Made by a program: the position numbers and the translations under genes
DNA from: Paraspadella gotoi
Lineage: Eukaryota; Animalia; Chaetognatha
Assembly: GCA_051294375.1 (NCBI GenBank)
Contig: CM119268.1
Coordinates: forward strand, 20,363,747 to 20,427,746
DNA length: 64,000 nucleotides
Reading direction: 5' to 3'
In this document: positions 40,977 to 55,140 of the stretch, in pieces
How the letters are laid out: every line of letters starts with the position of its first letter
Position numbering within the stretch: the first letter of the stretch is position 1
The notes under the pieces: generated by a model
The model's input: only the letters and a program-made list of their open reading frames with translations
Database searches by the model: none
Told to the model about the DNA's origin: nothing

Positions 40977-43900
40977 TCTGACGTGGCGTCCGCTTTACAT
41001 CTTCGGAATTTTTCCTCTCCGTCACTCGTGGACGGGAGTTCCCTCCATTCATACAGTGAAGTTTTCTTTAAACAAATTTAAAAACTACAGGAAGGTTCTT
41101 TCGAATTAAATTTAAGTTCAATGAAATCATCGAAATATTTTCAAGTGACGTTGAGTCGTGGATTCGTTTCCGCTTTAATTTAATGACTTGAATCAACAAA
41201 AATAAAACTTACTTATTTTTCTCAATAAAATTTTGTCATTATAAACGTATTTATAATTTTTTCCTAATAATCAGTTCCGACTGTAGTTTTCAATTTTCCA
41301 TTGACCCTCACCTTTTTCATTTCCTTCACTCTATTTTCAATTTTCTGCTCTGTTTTTTGTCACCCGATTTACACTTTTGTCACCTTACTAAATGACACTA
41401 ATCCCTCTTCTCACATTTTTTTCCGCCAAGAACTTTATCAGTACTCCCACTTTGTGTACTAACTCAACTACTACTAAGGACAATTACTTCTAATGCTTCT
41501 TATATTAGCAATACTACCAGTACTGAATCTAATTTAGTGATCGAGTCATGTTGTTGTTGTTGTTGTTGTTTCAAGATAAATTTTACTTCTCTTAAATACT
41601 TAAAGGAGTGGTCTTTTCATACAATTGAAATAACAATTGAATAAACGAGACTGTGAGAGAGTCTTGATTGAAAGCTTGCAGGGACCTGCTAGGTCATAAT
41701 CTTGTAAGAGTGATGGAGGCAAAGTTAGGGGCAAGATAGCTTATTTATTAAATGAATGGATAATTTTTATATTGGTGGTACCAATTTCATACTTTTCTTG
41801 ATTCTACTTTTTCTTTTTCATCTTTTTCCTTTTAAATTTTTAAAATTAAATAATTTTTAATTAATTCTGCCCGTCTATTTTCAATCTTTACTTTTGTCTT
41901 TCGGGTTTTACTTTTGCCTCATTTTACTCTGGACTTTCCTTCCATTTTTTTATTTTTTCATGTTTCAGATTAAAAAGAAAAACACATTTTATTTCATTAT
42001 TTCCTTCTTTCCATTTTACTCTCTTATTTTCATCACGAGCCTTTCACTTTTTCCTTTTCCTTTTTTCCTTTTTCTTCTTTGATCTTCTCTTTCTTAATCC
42101 CTTTGAGTCCTAACGTTACTTACGCCAACACTTGACATCAACGTCGTTCCCCACCCGACCATCCCAGCCACCCCCACCCTCGCCTCACATTTCCACCCTC
42201 AACCACCACCCACCCTTCACCATTTCACTCACCTTTTTCTTTCCCGCGAAACTCACCTAGAGTCTTTTCTCAAAGTAGCGACGAAGAAGGAAAACCAGCG
42301 AGAATCAACGATGCGACGTCACTTCTACGATTAGACTTTTTATAATTTAATTCTATAACAAAATTGTAATATTATATTTTGTTTCTTTCGATTCGTTATG
42401 TTTAAGATACTGAAAAGAAGGATTTTATTTTTCTTGATAGCATCGGCAAAGTTTTATTTTCTTATATAAAAATAAAAATAAAATAAAATTTCAATTGAGT
42501 CAGCACTGATTAATTCTTTTTAAATATCTTTTTAAAAAATATACAAATATGACTGAGAAAAATGTTATCTTGTTTCGAGTCTGGTCAGTATCTGTGTTAA
42601 TAATATCTTGATGGTCAATATTTTTATCAAAGTATTTTTACCAAAGTCGAAACTTGCTTGCACAGATCAGAAGAAACCAGATTTTTACGGGATTTTCAGA
42701 AGACATTATTATTCTCATAATTTTGTATGAATAAAAACTTTGAAACTGAAACTTCTCTCGTTTTTCCTTCCTTAAAACTCTGGTTAATTCCTTCGGTCGG
42801 GCGAAGCCACGAACCTTAACTTTATGAGCGTGAAATAGAAAAGATATTTCACAATGACAAGTAAATCTATCTATAATTCTATATATATATATATCTATAT
42901 ATCAATCTATATATTTAAGCTTTTGTTCTGCTTTTAATCTTTAAACCAGCTTAGCCTTGCTACTGTAACTACTGTTACCCTTTCAGGATAATAGAATATA
43001 GAAATACATAACACACAAAAGTACGATGACTATTATAAATATTTAAAAATATCTTTAATCTTGTAATGAAATTATCTTTTATTACAAGTCGCCTTCTGAA
43101 GAATCTTAAAAGAACTCTCACCTCTCTTTTTTCTTCACTTTCTATTTTTGTTCTTTTCTTTTCTTTCTTTTTTGCTTCTTCTCTTTTCATTTTTTCCTTA
43201 AATGCTTCGACGACCTCATTATCTCCTTTCATCCTTTCCTCTCTTCTCCCTCATATTCAACTTTCACAAACCCATATTCCTCTTTTCTTTTCTTCTCATA
43301 TTTTTCACCTTTTAAATTTTAGTTTTTAAATTTTAAGTTTTAAAACTCAGATTTTCGACTTTTTTTCACATTTTTTGCGTCTCCGCTTTTTTCTAAGGAT
43401 ATTCTTTCACTTTTATTTTCTTCTGTCTGTCTGTCTGTCTCTGTATCTCTCTCTCTCTCATTCTTTTTTCTTTTCTCTCGTCTCCTTTCTTTTCTCATCC
43501 CTGATAGTGAAACATTTGTTTCATGTTGCTTAAAGCTTAACTGTCTCTGTCTTTCTCTTTCTTTTAACAAAACTCTCTCTCTCTCTCTCTCTTCCTCTCT
43601 CTCTTCCTCTTTCCTCACCCCCTCTTTGTCCTTATCTCGGGAGGATTTTCTCTTTGGGTGCCCACTCTGACTCGAGGGATTTCGAGCGCTGCTCATTTTT
43701 GGGACATTCTCTCTCTCTCTCTCGCTCTCGCTCTCTCTCTCTCTCATCTCTTTCACTCATGGCCACTTATTTCTTGTTTTTAATACTCTTTTCCTTTTTC
43801 TTTTCCTTTTCATTCCTCATTTTTTTCTTTTTCCTTCTTTTCCTTTTAATTTTTCGCCTCAGTGATTTCCGTCGCCCCGAAGACTTTTCGCTTCTTATTA

Positions 43901-44631
43901 TTCACGGATCGTTAGACGAAGAAGTTTCGATCCTAATTAAGGCACAAAATCTCGATTTAACGAAATTCCGTTAAAATGAGATTCGCTTTTGAATCTTACA
44001 GGATTTCGTATAATTCGCGCATTTTTAAAAATAATTTATCATAATCAAATACTACAGTCTGTCCCAATGGTACTGTCGGTTAACTTTTACATATTGAACT
44101 GTGTTATTAAATGTTATTTCTGAGATAACAATGTCAAAGATAAGTTCTTACCATTTATGATACTATATTTCGAATTCAATTTTTATCATTTTTTCTTTGC
44201 AGAACATTCAATTTAAATGAGTCCTCATTTCTCACTTTTTAAATTTTTATATAATTTTTTTACTTTAAAATAAATTTTATTAAAAAAATTATGTAAAAAA
44301 TATTTTAAATTGTAATTTGTATAAAATAAGTGCATTAATAAAAAGAAATAAACAAATATTTAAAAAAATATAAAAGTTGATTAAAATATGCTAATTAATT
44401 TAATATTTAAATTTTATTATTTGAAGTTGTGAGCGATTGAATCATTAAGCCAGAACAAAATGGTTGTTATTTATTCAATAAATTATTATTAAATCAATTC
44501 AAAAAGTAATATGAACAAGGTAAGTAGATAATTTTAAAAATAATGATTACTGCATTATAAGAGCTCTGGAGCTAAAAATATGAGTTAGTTTCTTACTGTC
44601 CTGCAATATATGAGAATCTATNNNNNNNNNN

Positions 44632-45100
44632 ATTTTTAGTGCCATTAAAATAAAAAAGATCCTTTTGAGTTCTTAAATTCTTGAGCTTTATCTCCGCAGC
44701 TTCAAGTTTTTCCCTTTGGGGGGGAAATTTGCTGTTGGAGATGCTGAAGCCGAGAATCTTTATGTCCTCTTTTCTGAGCAGCACGCTTTTTGTCCATTTC
44801 AGCTTGACGTTCTTGTCACTGCACTTTTGCAATCGCTCACGAAGTCTCTCCGCCATGTCTTCAGTGGATTTTGCTGTGAGAATCAAATCATCGACGTATA
44901 TAAGGAAGCTTTTTAAATCTCTTCCTAGGTCCTTGAAAATTTTGTCAAGGATGGCTGTTGTTCACGCTGTTGACGCCTCCCATAGGTAGTTTATTCATCC
45001 ACCAATTATGCCCTGCGCCGGCGAAGGTGGTGACTCGCTTGCATCTTTCAGTGAGATTTACTTGATGGAAGCATGCTAAGAGGTCTAGTACTAGAAAATG
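44632..45100 (-). pseudogene. Ty3/Gypsy-type reverse transcriptase fragment, frameshifted, next to an assembly gap
   Basis: Minus strand reads LDLLACFHQV..VTTF..KLPMGGVNS /frameshift/ ILDKIF..LIYVDDLILTAKSTEDMAERL...VKLKWTKS..ILGFSIS, i.e. LTR-retrotransposon RT motifs including YVDD. Confidence 0.8.
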
Positions 45101-45743
45101 ATCAGAAAGTCTTTACACCACAGAACTAAATAATATTTATATGGTTTTTTGTTCATTTTATGCCATTCTACGCCACATCTGTATAAAAAAATATCGGATA
45201 AATCTTTAAAACAACTTAACTGAATATCTTTTACAAGAAAATGATCAGAAAGTCTTTATGCCACATCATGATATTATGGTTTTACCTTCTTTTAACGCCA
45301 TATTACGCCACATTTTTAAAAAAATTTAAATATAAACATTTAAAATTATTTAACTTGATATATTTTAAAAATTTATTTGAAAAAATCATTAACGCCACAT
45401 ATGTAATTAGGAAATAATACGTTTGGGGAAAGTTTTTACGCCACCAGCACCAACAAACAAGTAAAAAAAAAAAATCTAAGCTTAATGCAATACTACAATG
45501 TATTCTTAATTAGAAAAAAGTGTTTTCAAAAAATTTGGTCGAATTTCCTTGACAGCAGTAACGAGGCAGAAAAGTAACTACAAATTGACGTCAATAAGTT
45601 GGCGTAATTCAAATATTTAAAAATTAAGCTTGCAATTAACGATTAAAGTACACTTCGTTAGGCTTAATGTAAGGTTTAAAACAAGTATTTTTAAAATTTT
45701 TGTGCAATACCCTAACTAATGTTGTAATTCCAGTAGCGTTTTT

Positions 45744-46301
45744 AGTCGGACCTTTAGTCGGATCTATAATTCACTTTGTCGGTCCGTCGGTCCCACCCCA
45801 AAATCTTGTCGGTAAATAATTTTTATTATATCAGAACCTTGAATTATGATAAATTATGCAAAAATTGATGCCCGTCCGTCCGTCCGTCTTTCTGTCTGTC
45901 TGTCTGTCTGTCTGAAGGTCCATCCCACGTTTTCATTAAACTCCAATTAATCGTGATTGGATGGATGGATTGGAATGAAATTTTGTGTGTGGGTAGGAAA
46001 GTGTGTGATTGAGCTGGATATAAAGTTTTGATAGAATCGTACGAGTGGAAATGAGTTTAAAAAGAAAAAACAAAAGTCATATTTACTTATTTAAGTATTT
46101 TTACTTATATTTACTTATAACTATTATATTTATTAAAAATTGGATAGATAGATTGAAATGAAATTTTGTTTGTGGGTAGGAAAATATGTGATTAAGATGG
46201 ATATAAATTTTTGATGTAATCGTAGGAGTGGAAAACAGTTTAAATTAGAAAACCAAAAGACACATTTATTTGAATTTATAAAAAGTTTCTCTCTCTCTCT
46301 C

Positions 46302-46332
<31 letters not shown>

Positions 46333-46860
46333 CCAAATTATGCCAAGTGACCAAAATATACCAGTTGACCAAATTATGCCGGTTGACCAAATTATGCCAG
46401 TTGACCAAATTATGCCAGTTGACCAAATTATGTCAGTTGACCAAATTAAGCAAGTTGACCATATTTTGGAAGTTGACAAAATTATGCAAGTTGAAAAGAT
46501 TATATCAGTTGACCAAATTATGCCAGTTGACCATATTTTGTCAGCTGACCAAATTATTTCAGCTGACCAAATTATGTCACTTGACCAAATTATGCCAGTT
46601 GACCAAATAATACAAGTTTATCAAATTATGCAAAATTACCAAATCATGCAAAATTACCAAATTATAAAAGTTCACTAAATTAGGCACAGCTACTGGTAAT
46701 GATTGATAGATCAAATGATTTCTAGATTTTTTCATAGATTTATTGAGAAGTCTGTTATGATTTGTTATGTTACGATTTGTAATGATCTGTTAAGATCACA
46801 CGGATTAGCTTATTACCGCTTAATCGTAGGCAGATCCGACATTGTTTGCTCAAACTTGTT
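45744..46860 (+). mobile_element. HINE/DINE-1-like family D (other copies or fragments ~25650-26570 +, ~34945-35130 -, ~35151-35700 +, ~49443-50295 -, ~50299-51479 -)
   Basis: 5' TTTT-AGTCGGA(TCTGC) subterminal IR, (GTCC/GTCT)n microsatellite, 3' GCAGATCCGAC-ATTGTTTGCTCAAACTTGTT hairpin. Confidence 0.65.
46329..46665 (+). repeat. 18-bp tandem repeat (TTGACCAAATTATGCCAG)n inside a family D element
   Basis: About 18 degenerating units; source of the spurious DQIMPV ORFs. Confidence 0.9.
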
Positions 46861-48398
46861 ATTTGTTCGTTCTGTTTTTTTTATTCATTTTTTCGTCATT
46901 GGAATGGAATTGAAATACCACGAGTTTTGCCCAAGAGTTCTCTCTCACTTTCTTTCTCACTCCCACTCGGCGGAGAGAGTGAATAAAAAGCGGGGAAAAG
47001 AGAGAAAGCGAAAAAAGAGAGAGACAGAGGCAGAGAGAGAGAGAGACCACGACTACTTTATGCTATTTTATGCAATTCCCAGAATCCCGTGGCTGAATCT
47101 TTATGAACCCATCAACCGTTGTGAAGCAGAACGAAAACAGGGAAAAGCCGAGAGAAGATGGGGGTGTGAGATTAGAGGGAGTTGAGGGTCAGATTAGGGG
47201 GTGGAATTGGGGTATGAGATTAGAGGGAGTTGGGGGTCAGATTAGGAGAAAGGAGAAAGGATGCAGAGAACACAAGCGTTAATGTAGACGAGAACCGAGA
47301 CAGGAACAAAGCTGAGAACTCTTAAAATATATTTTTGTATTTAACCATTAACTAACTTTATTTCTTTACAACTCCTAGTCCATATTTTTTTTTCTCGCCA
47401 ATGAATATGTTATTATGTCTCATTTTTCTTCATAGTTAGTTGTAATACGTTATTTATCATTTACCACATCAGCCGTAAAAAAATATTAATCAACCTGTGA
47501 TGGAATTGAACGACAACAAAAACTTGAGGTTGACAAATGAAGAATGACGAATTCAAAATTTATTGCGAGGATCATTTTCTAAACAATCTTCCAAAGGGGA
47601 ATAATTGAATTTTATATGAACTGCTGACTTACATACAGAAAAAACCGCGTTTGGATTTAAATTAAAAGAGGAGGAGGAGGAGGAGGAGGCGCATGTCAAA
47701 GAAAATAGTCTTTTTTTTTACAATAAGAAAATTGAAGCGTGATTCCAAGTGATACGAGGCGAATTTAAGGGGATTAAAGCGTCATGAATATCATTTGGTA
47801 TTCAGATGAGAGATGGAGTGAGAGAGAAAGAGGGGGGAGTGAGTGAAGTTTAGGGAGAGGGGCGTTAGGGAAGAGAAGAGAAGAAGGGAGAGAGGGAGGG
47901 AGGGAAAGAGGAAGAGTTGGAGAAAGAAAAGAGAATTGAGTTAGAAGAAGAATGAATAAAAAAAGAAAATAGAAAATAGAAATCAAATAAAAATTAAAAT
48001 GACATGAAATATTCAAAATAATCTCTAGTCGTAAGTGAAAAATTGTAGATTTAAAACGGCATTGTCTTCAATTGTCTTCAAGTTTTTCTATATTGAATTT
48101 TAAATCATTTCACGATTCATGCATCCTAGTAGTTTCTATTTTTATAAAATGTCTTGATGTGCTTCCGCGTTTCAAGTTTCAAGTTTCAATCCCTGAAATA
48201 TTTAAAATACAAAAAAATGTCAGTTAAAATTAAAGTTTAAACTAATTGTTGAAGAGAAATCACATGCACAGGAGTATAAAGTATAAAACAATAATAAAAA
48301 ATGCATTATAAATTCTACTACGAATGATGAGCGGGGTTTTCATACTAAAGTTTATACTAATTCTGACACGAAAAAGAGAGAGAGAAGTAAAAAAAGGG

Positions 48399-48440
<42 letters not shown>

Positions 48441-48946
48441 GTCAAAAACCCTGAGGCGGAGGCCGATATGCAAATAGTCTTTCAAGTCTGTTGGCAGTGA
48501 TTGAGTGAACTGAGAGTCTCTTCCTCGCCTCCTCAAAAATCAGCTCTCTAACCCCATTTTCAAAAAAAATCTGCCCTGTAGACTAAATTAACAAAAACTC
48601 AGATCCGCAACGAAAATTTTTACAAAATCATCCTCGTGGCACAAAATCGATCCTAAAAAAAGCAATGAAGGCTCTATGTTTTCAAAAAAATTAGTACTAC
48701 AGAGTATAAAGCACATGTAAAAATTAGGCTTAAAGATGACATTTTTAAAATTTTAAATCCGTTCAGGCATATCAATAGAATTGAGGATAAAGCGCTAAGT
48801 GGGCTGAAGTAATGACTTCGCCTCCGTCTCCCTCTCTCTCTTCCTCCCCATCTTTTCCCCCTCTCGAGTTTCCGTGACTCACAAGTGAACGTGAAAAAGT
48901 CTCCTTTGGACTCGAGAGTTTTTTCGAGGATAAAGTCACAAATTGT

Positions 48947-49046
<100 letters not shown>

Positions 49047-50615
49047 TGGTCTGGGTTGATCAATAAAAGTTCAAAAGTTCTCGCTTCATTATAGAATGTA
49101 TATGTATATGTATATAATATACATTATACAGTTCACAACATTTTAGCTGAGCTTTTTTCCCTTTCAAAGAGGAAGTCTGACGGATTCGATCTTAGATCGC
49201 AATTGATCTTTGATTGCATTTGATCACTGATCGCATATGATCTTTTATCGCATTCCTATCATTGATCGCATCTTGTGCAAACGAGGATACGAAAGTGTTC
49301 GACCATTCACGCGGTCACGGGGTCATTGAATTCGAGTTCCGGGCCTCAAGTCAGGAACTAAGATTTACAAACATAAACGATAAAAATTCGAGATAAAATT
49401 AATCCGAACATCAAATATAATAAATCTAACTTCCCCCCAAATAAACAAGTTTGAGCAAACAATGTCGGATCTGCCCACGATCATTAAATATTTAATTAAT
49501 TCAAGTTAATTAATTAATTAATTAATTAGGCAATTATTAATTAATTAATTTGATCCAAAATGTTTCTTTTTAGGACTTTTCACACTAACCACGACAAAAG
49601 CAATGACGACGACGATGGCGACAACGACAATAATGCCGATAACGATTGACTTGATTGATTGATTGAATAATTAATTAACAGATAAATTGATTGATTGAAT
49701 AATTAAATGATTGATTAATTGACTGATTAATTAACTTATTAATTATTTGATTAATTAATATATCTTGCATTTACATTTAATATAAAAAGAAAAAGAAGCA
49801 TAAACAATTAGTGAAACAGGTTTTTTGTTTTTTCTCATTTAAACTCATTTCCACTCTGACGATTCCATCGAAACTTGATTTCTAGCTTAATCACACACTT
49901 TCCTACCCACATACAAAATTTCAAGTAAATTGCCTCATCCACTCATTAGTAATTGGCGTTCAAATAGTGAAAAAGATTTTTTTGTTTTTTCCATTTAAAC
50001 TCATTTTTACTTGGACGATTTCATTGAAACTTCATATCCAGCTCAATCACACAGTTTCCTACTAACCAATCCAACCATCCAATTACGAGTAATTGGAGTT
50101 TTTTCTAGAGTGGCACGGACCGACAGATTGACGGTCGGACGGACGGATGATTGGACATTATTATTTTTGCATAATTTTTCATAATCCGAGGTTCTAACAT
50201 GATTTAAGTGAATGCCCAACAAGATTTGGGGGGGAGACTGACGGACCGACAAAGGGAATTACAGAGTCGGAATCTGCTGATAAGCAGATCCGACTAAATC
50301 AAGTTTGAGCAAACAATGTTGGATCTGCCCACGATCATTAGCGATAATGTATTAATTAATTAATTCAAGTTAATAATTAATTAGACAATTAATTAATTAA
50401 TTAGATTCAAAATGTTTGTTTTTAGGTCTTTTTGTCACTGACCATGACAAAAGCAACGACGACAATGGCGACGATGACAATAATGCCAATAATGATTGAC
50501 TTGATTGATTGAATAATTAATTAATACATAAATATATTGATTGATTGAATTGATAGATTAATTGACTAATTGATTAATTAACTGATTAATTATTTGATTA
50601 ATAATAATAATACAT

Positions 50616-50851
50616 TATGGTGGACTAAAATCCACCAACCGTTCATCAGCGGCCATTGGTGCCGGAGGCAAGTCATTCGCCTCCTAACTCAAAGGTCTGG
50701 GTTTCTATCCCGGTGGTCGCCTAGCAGTTAACAGAAGGACGGGGCGCTTAACCCGCCTGTAACATGGTGTTACAGCCTGATCCGTAGCTCAGGGACTGCT
50801 TATATTGAACGGTTCTGTCACTAACTCTTAACAATAATTACTGTCTCTTCA
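50616..50851 (+). mobile_element. Family 1 solo LTR inserted in a HINE-like element
   Basis: Single LTR flanked by TSD ACAT/ACAT. Confidence 0.9.
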
Positions 50852-52429
50852 ACATCTTGCATTTACATTTAATATATAAAAAAAAAAGTACAATCAATTA
50901 GTGAAACAGTTTTTTTGTTTTTTCCATTTCTATTTGGACAATTCCATCACATACTTCTCCACCCACACAAAAAAATTGGCGAAATGCTCTTCGATGCCCC
51001 CTTGCCGTATGACGGAGCAGCGAATCTCTCTCGCTCTCTCTCTCTCTGGCTGGATGAATCAACAAAAACGGATGGATCAACAAAAACGATGATAATTTGA
51101 ACGATGGATTAATTGTTTAGGGTTTCGGTTAGGGATAAGGTTAGATTAGGGGATAGAGATTAGGTTAGGGATTAGGGTTAGGGATTAGGGTTATCTTTCC
51201 CTCCGCTATTTTTACAACAAAAAATTATGGCTTTCTGGGTGACTCATTGGTCAGGATCGGGATCGACAGAAACGACGACGATAATTTGAACGATGGAGGA
51301 AGCAGTTGCGACGTTGAGAGCGACGACGAAAGGAGTGACGCATAAAGCGACGATGGAAGCAGAAAAAGAAACAAGTTTAGTCCGCTGCTACAGGAGCCGC
51401 AGCAAGGGGGCATCGATGGAAAAAAGTGCCCGGACCGACAAAGTGGATTATAGAGTCGGGATCTGCTGATAATCCGACTAAAAATCGATGGTTTCACAAA
51501 TACGGGTTTTCTGTCAACGAGTAATCCCGATGAATCTCCGAAATATAAAGTGGCTCCGATCCAGAGAGCTATTCATCAAGTGAAAAATTTTATTGTAAAA
51601 AAAAGTGTACAACTGTACATGTATGCGCAACATAACAACGAAAAAAACAATTTCTCGACAAACACTTTCTTTATGCGACATTCAATATGGTTATTTTTAT
51701 GGTGATGATAGAACGTTTGTTTCCCAAAAAGTTTTTCAAGACGATATTTTATCTTTTTCGTTGGCAGCTGGGATGACCTGAGTACAAGGGGCGCGGGTCA
51801 TCAGTTGGCGTTTAGGGCATCGTACCCTCACAAATCTCGCGTTCCAATATAGTACTGATTTTGCCGACGAAGAGAAAGTTCGCCCCGTCGCCGAGATCGA
51901 ACTAGAGTTCCGATAACCGTTAATTTTTAAGGAAATTCGCTTAACCGTAAAACTAACATTTTTTAAGATCGTTAAGATCGGTTAATTTTATAATTTAAAA
52001 CAAACTAAAGTATGTAATGGTATTTTCTCTTAAACTCTGGCTCCTGAATGCGCTGATGAAGACTCGAAACATGTCTGTTTTTATGTAAAATAAAATGTTG
52101 TGTTGTAACAAAACAAATATTTTTGCTAATCTCATAACACAACGAAACGAAAGGATAGCATCGAATTCTAATTCTAGTATATTTTGTTTTCACTTCTCTC
52201 TTTTGCTTTCTTCTTTTCTTTCTCTTACTTCTCTTCCTCATTATTTTTGTAGTTGTTAGTTTCTTGAACGCTTGTTTTCTGTTGTTAGCTTTCATAAACC
52301 ATGACCAATGGATTCAATTAAAACGTAGCAAAAATATTAAAATTAAGTAGAATCAAAATTGGAATAGTAGATCACGAACAGGCCTGTGAACATTTTTAAA
52401 TAAAAAAAAATTATTTTTAAATTTTTGCA

Positions 52430-52815
52430 TACGCCCATATTTATACATAGTACTCACAATAGAAATTTTAAAATTTTAAAAGGGTTTTTTCTTATTTTTG
52501 AAAGTAGATTCGAATTCCTCACGAAAAGTTTATAAAAGGAAATATAACTCTTTTTAAAAAAATATTTCATTAAGGGGGTCAAAATATGAAAAAAACTATT
52601 ATTATTAACCTAAAATTTAATTTTAGTATAAAAAATATAGTTTTTTAAATTTTTAACTAACTTAATGAAAGAATTTTTGATTAAGACTTATATTTTCTTT
52701 TATCAACTTTTTATGAGAAATTCGAATATGCTTTCAAAACTAAAAAAAAAATTTTTAAATTTTGACATATTCTATGGTAAGTACAAATAAATAAATAAAA
52801 AAAAATATGGGCGTA
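52430..52815. mobile_element. Palindromic AT-rich MITE
   Basis: TACGCCCATATTT ... AAATATGGGCGTA with imperfectly inverted arms. Confidence 0.5.
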
Positions 52816-53751
52816 CATCGTTGATGTATCAAGACTTCGTCTTTAATTTCAAATGAAGGATAGTTATAGTTAGCTTTAATGTCTTTTTTAAGATTCGTTC
52901 CTTCTATTATTAGTTTTTAAATTTTTTATAATAATTTTTTTTATTTGGTTTTTTATTAATTTTTTTCATTCATTGTTCGTTTTAATCAGGGAAAGAAAAA
53001 GAGAGAAAAAAGTAAAATAAGAGGGAAGGGAAGGGAAAAAAAACGGAAAAAGGTAAAAGCAAAGGGAGAAAAAAGGGGAAAAGAAAAGGGGAAAAGTGAA
53101 AAAGAAAAAGAAAGGAACAGGAGGAGATAAATAAAGGGGAAGAAAGAATAAGAGAGAGATTAGGATAGAAAAAAGAAGAAAATAACAAAGGAAAAAAGCA
53201 GGGAAAAAGTGGAGAAGAGAGAGAGGGGTTAAAATATGGTGAGAAGGGGAGAGGTGAATAAGAGAGGACAGGAAACAAATAGTTTTCTTTTTAAAATTAA
53301 AGATTTTGTTTTCGATCTCAAAATTTTCTTAAAATTTTTTTAACAGAAAAATATCAAGTATTATTATCACGATACTTTTTGGGCAATTAATACTAAAAAT
53401 TAAAAAAATTATCAGCTCAGACTTACTATCGACCTATGTATAATTTATCTTTTTAAACAATTGAATTTTTTAACAGTTCAGTAATATTTTATTAAAGGCG
53501 AAGAAATGTTGCTCCAACGCGTCACTCCTGTGTGAATTTGTCGAACGCCACTCCTGTTTGAATACTACGTCTCATGTCGCTGTTTTTAAAATCGTCGGAC
53601 GTCAATTAATTCAAAGTCTTTAATTAATTTAGTTGAGCTTCTAGTATATTAATATTAATTAATTTTAATCGTTCCTTCTTGCCACCTAAAAATTTTGCCA
53701 ATTCATTTTAAATTAGTTTATTTAAAAGCGAAACGAAAAAAAGGGCTAAAG

Positions 53752-55140
53752 ATGGCGCTCGTCCAATCTCTCTTATTGCTTTTCTTCGCCGTATTGATCC
53801 TCGGAGACGCTACGTCCCTCCGCCGCCGTCAGTCCGAACAGTCGGAAGTCAAGTACGGCGTCTGTCCGTACGGCGGATTTTGGATGAAGTGTCCGGACGA
53901 AATACCCAACGAATGTCAAAGCGACCCGGATGTAAGTAGAATTAGATTGAGATGGGGGGAGGTTTAACTAATCAAAATTAAAAAAAACAAAAATCAAATT
54001 AGTTTTTGCTCATACAGTAGTGTACCGATTATTGCAAAAAAAAATTATAAAAATGATGGTTGAACGAAGGTTTAAACGTCAATCAAATAATTATTAGAAG
54101 AGACAATGTTGGTAATCAGTAAATGCTCAAACGGGTTCTAGAATTAGTTCGTTACACGTCTATTTTAGCCGAGAAGCCAATGCTCCGCTAATCATCTTAC
54201 CTCATACCTCCATCTTTTTAATCTCTCGAGCCACGAACCGTTAAATTGCTCATTTTGAAATCCACTTTCTAATAAATAAACAAACAAAAGACGTAAACAA
54301 AAATCGAATCCCCCCTCGCCCCCCACCCGACTCTCTCCTCAGTGTCCCGACTACTCCAAGTGTTGCTCCAGATCTTGCGGCAAAGCCTGCGAGTTTTCCC
54401 TCTTCGCCCCGAAGACCGTCTCGGGACGATGTCCGACCGATCAGACCGAGTGGACGCATCCGCTTCGACCGGGGGATCCCGAATTCTCTCGAGAGTATCT
54501 CATATGCGACGCATTCGAGTGCGACGTTGACGAACATTGCATTGGTAAGGTTGAACGAGGGTGGGGTGAGCGTGAGGAAGGCGGGAGGGGAAGAGCCACC
54601 CCGCGGGGCGGAGGATTTGGGAGATGACATATCTCTAGGGGCGGCCCCAGAGGGCAGACTATTCCAGGGCGAGCAGCAAAATGGTCATTGAAGGGGCGCC
54701 CCTAATAGACCCAAAATGTTTCCCCCTGGGGCCAAAAAATGTCTGTCCCTATCGGTAACCCCTTGGGGAGCAAAAAAGTGCTCCCCCAGGGGCGAGTTAA
54801 GGAGAGAGCAAAGTTTAGATAAGAAAATATACTTTCTGACTATGTTATTGTATCTGAGAATATCTCTCCCTGTCTGTTACTCTCTCTTTTTCTCTTTCTC
54901 TTTCCCTTTTTCTTTCTCTCTCTCTCTCCTCTCTCTCTTTTTTTCTCTCTGCATTGAGCAGTATGTGACCGACCGACAGAAAGTAAAAGGTGATAAAAAG
55001 ATGCTCCGACGCATCTAAAAATAAAATCAGAGGAAACATCTAATTGGATCACATTTTTCTCTCTTCTCTGAACAGGATATCTCAAATGCTGCGAAAATAA
55101 TTGCGGTTCCAAAAGATGCGTCGCTGCCGTTGAAGATTGA
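53752..55140 (+). CDS. Secreted two-WAP (four-disulfide core) domain protein (exons 53752-53931, 54343-54544, 55076-55140)
   Basis: Signal peptide MALVQSLLLLFFAVLILGDA. Domain 1 KYGVCP..C..ECQSDPDCPDYSKCCSRSCGKAC; domain 2 GRCP..C..ECDVDEHCIGYLKCCENNCGSKRC. GT-AG phases 0,1. Confidence 0.88.

Noticed and set aside
46325-46678. DQIMPV-repeat protein or CRISPR-like array
   Set aside because: Plain 18-bp tandem repeat without unique spacers, open in several frames, in eukaryotic context.
51115-51195. Interstitial telomere (TTAGGG-like; also ~11710 and ~39205)
   Set aside because: Short and degenerate, embedded in dispersed repeats.
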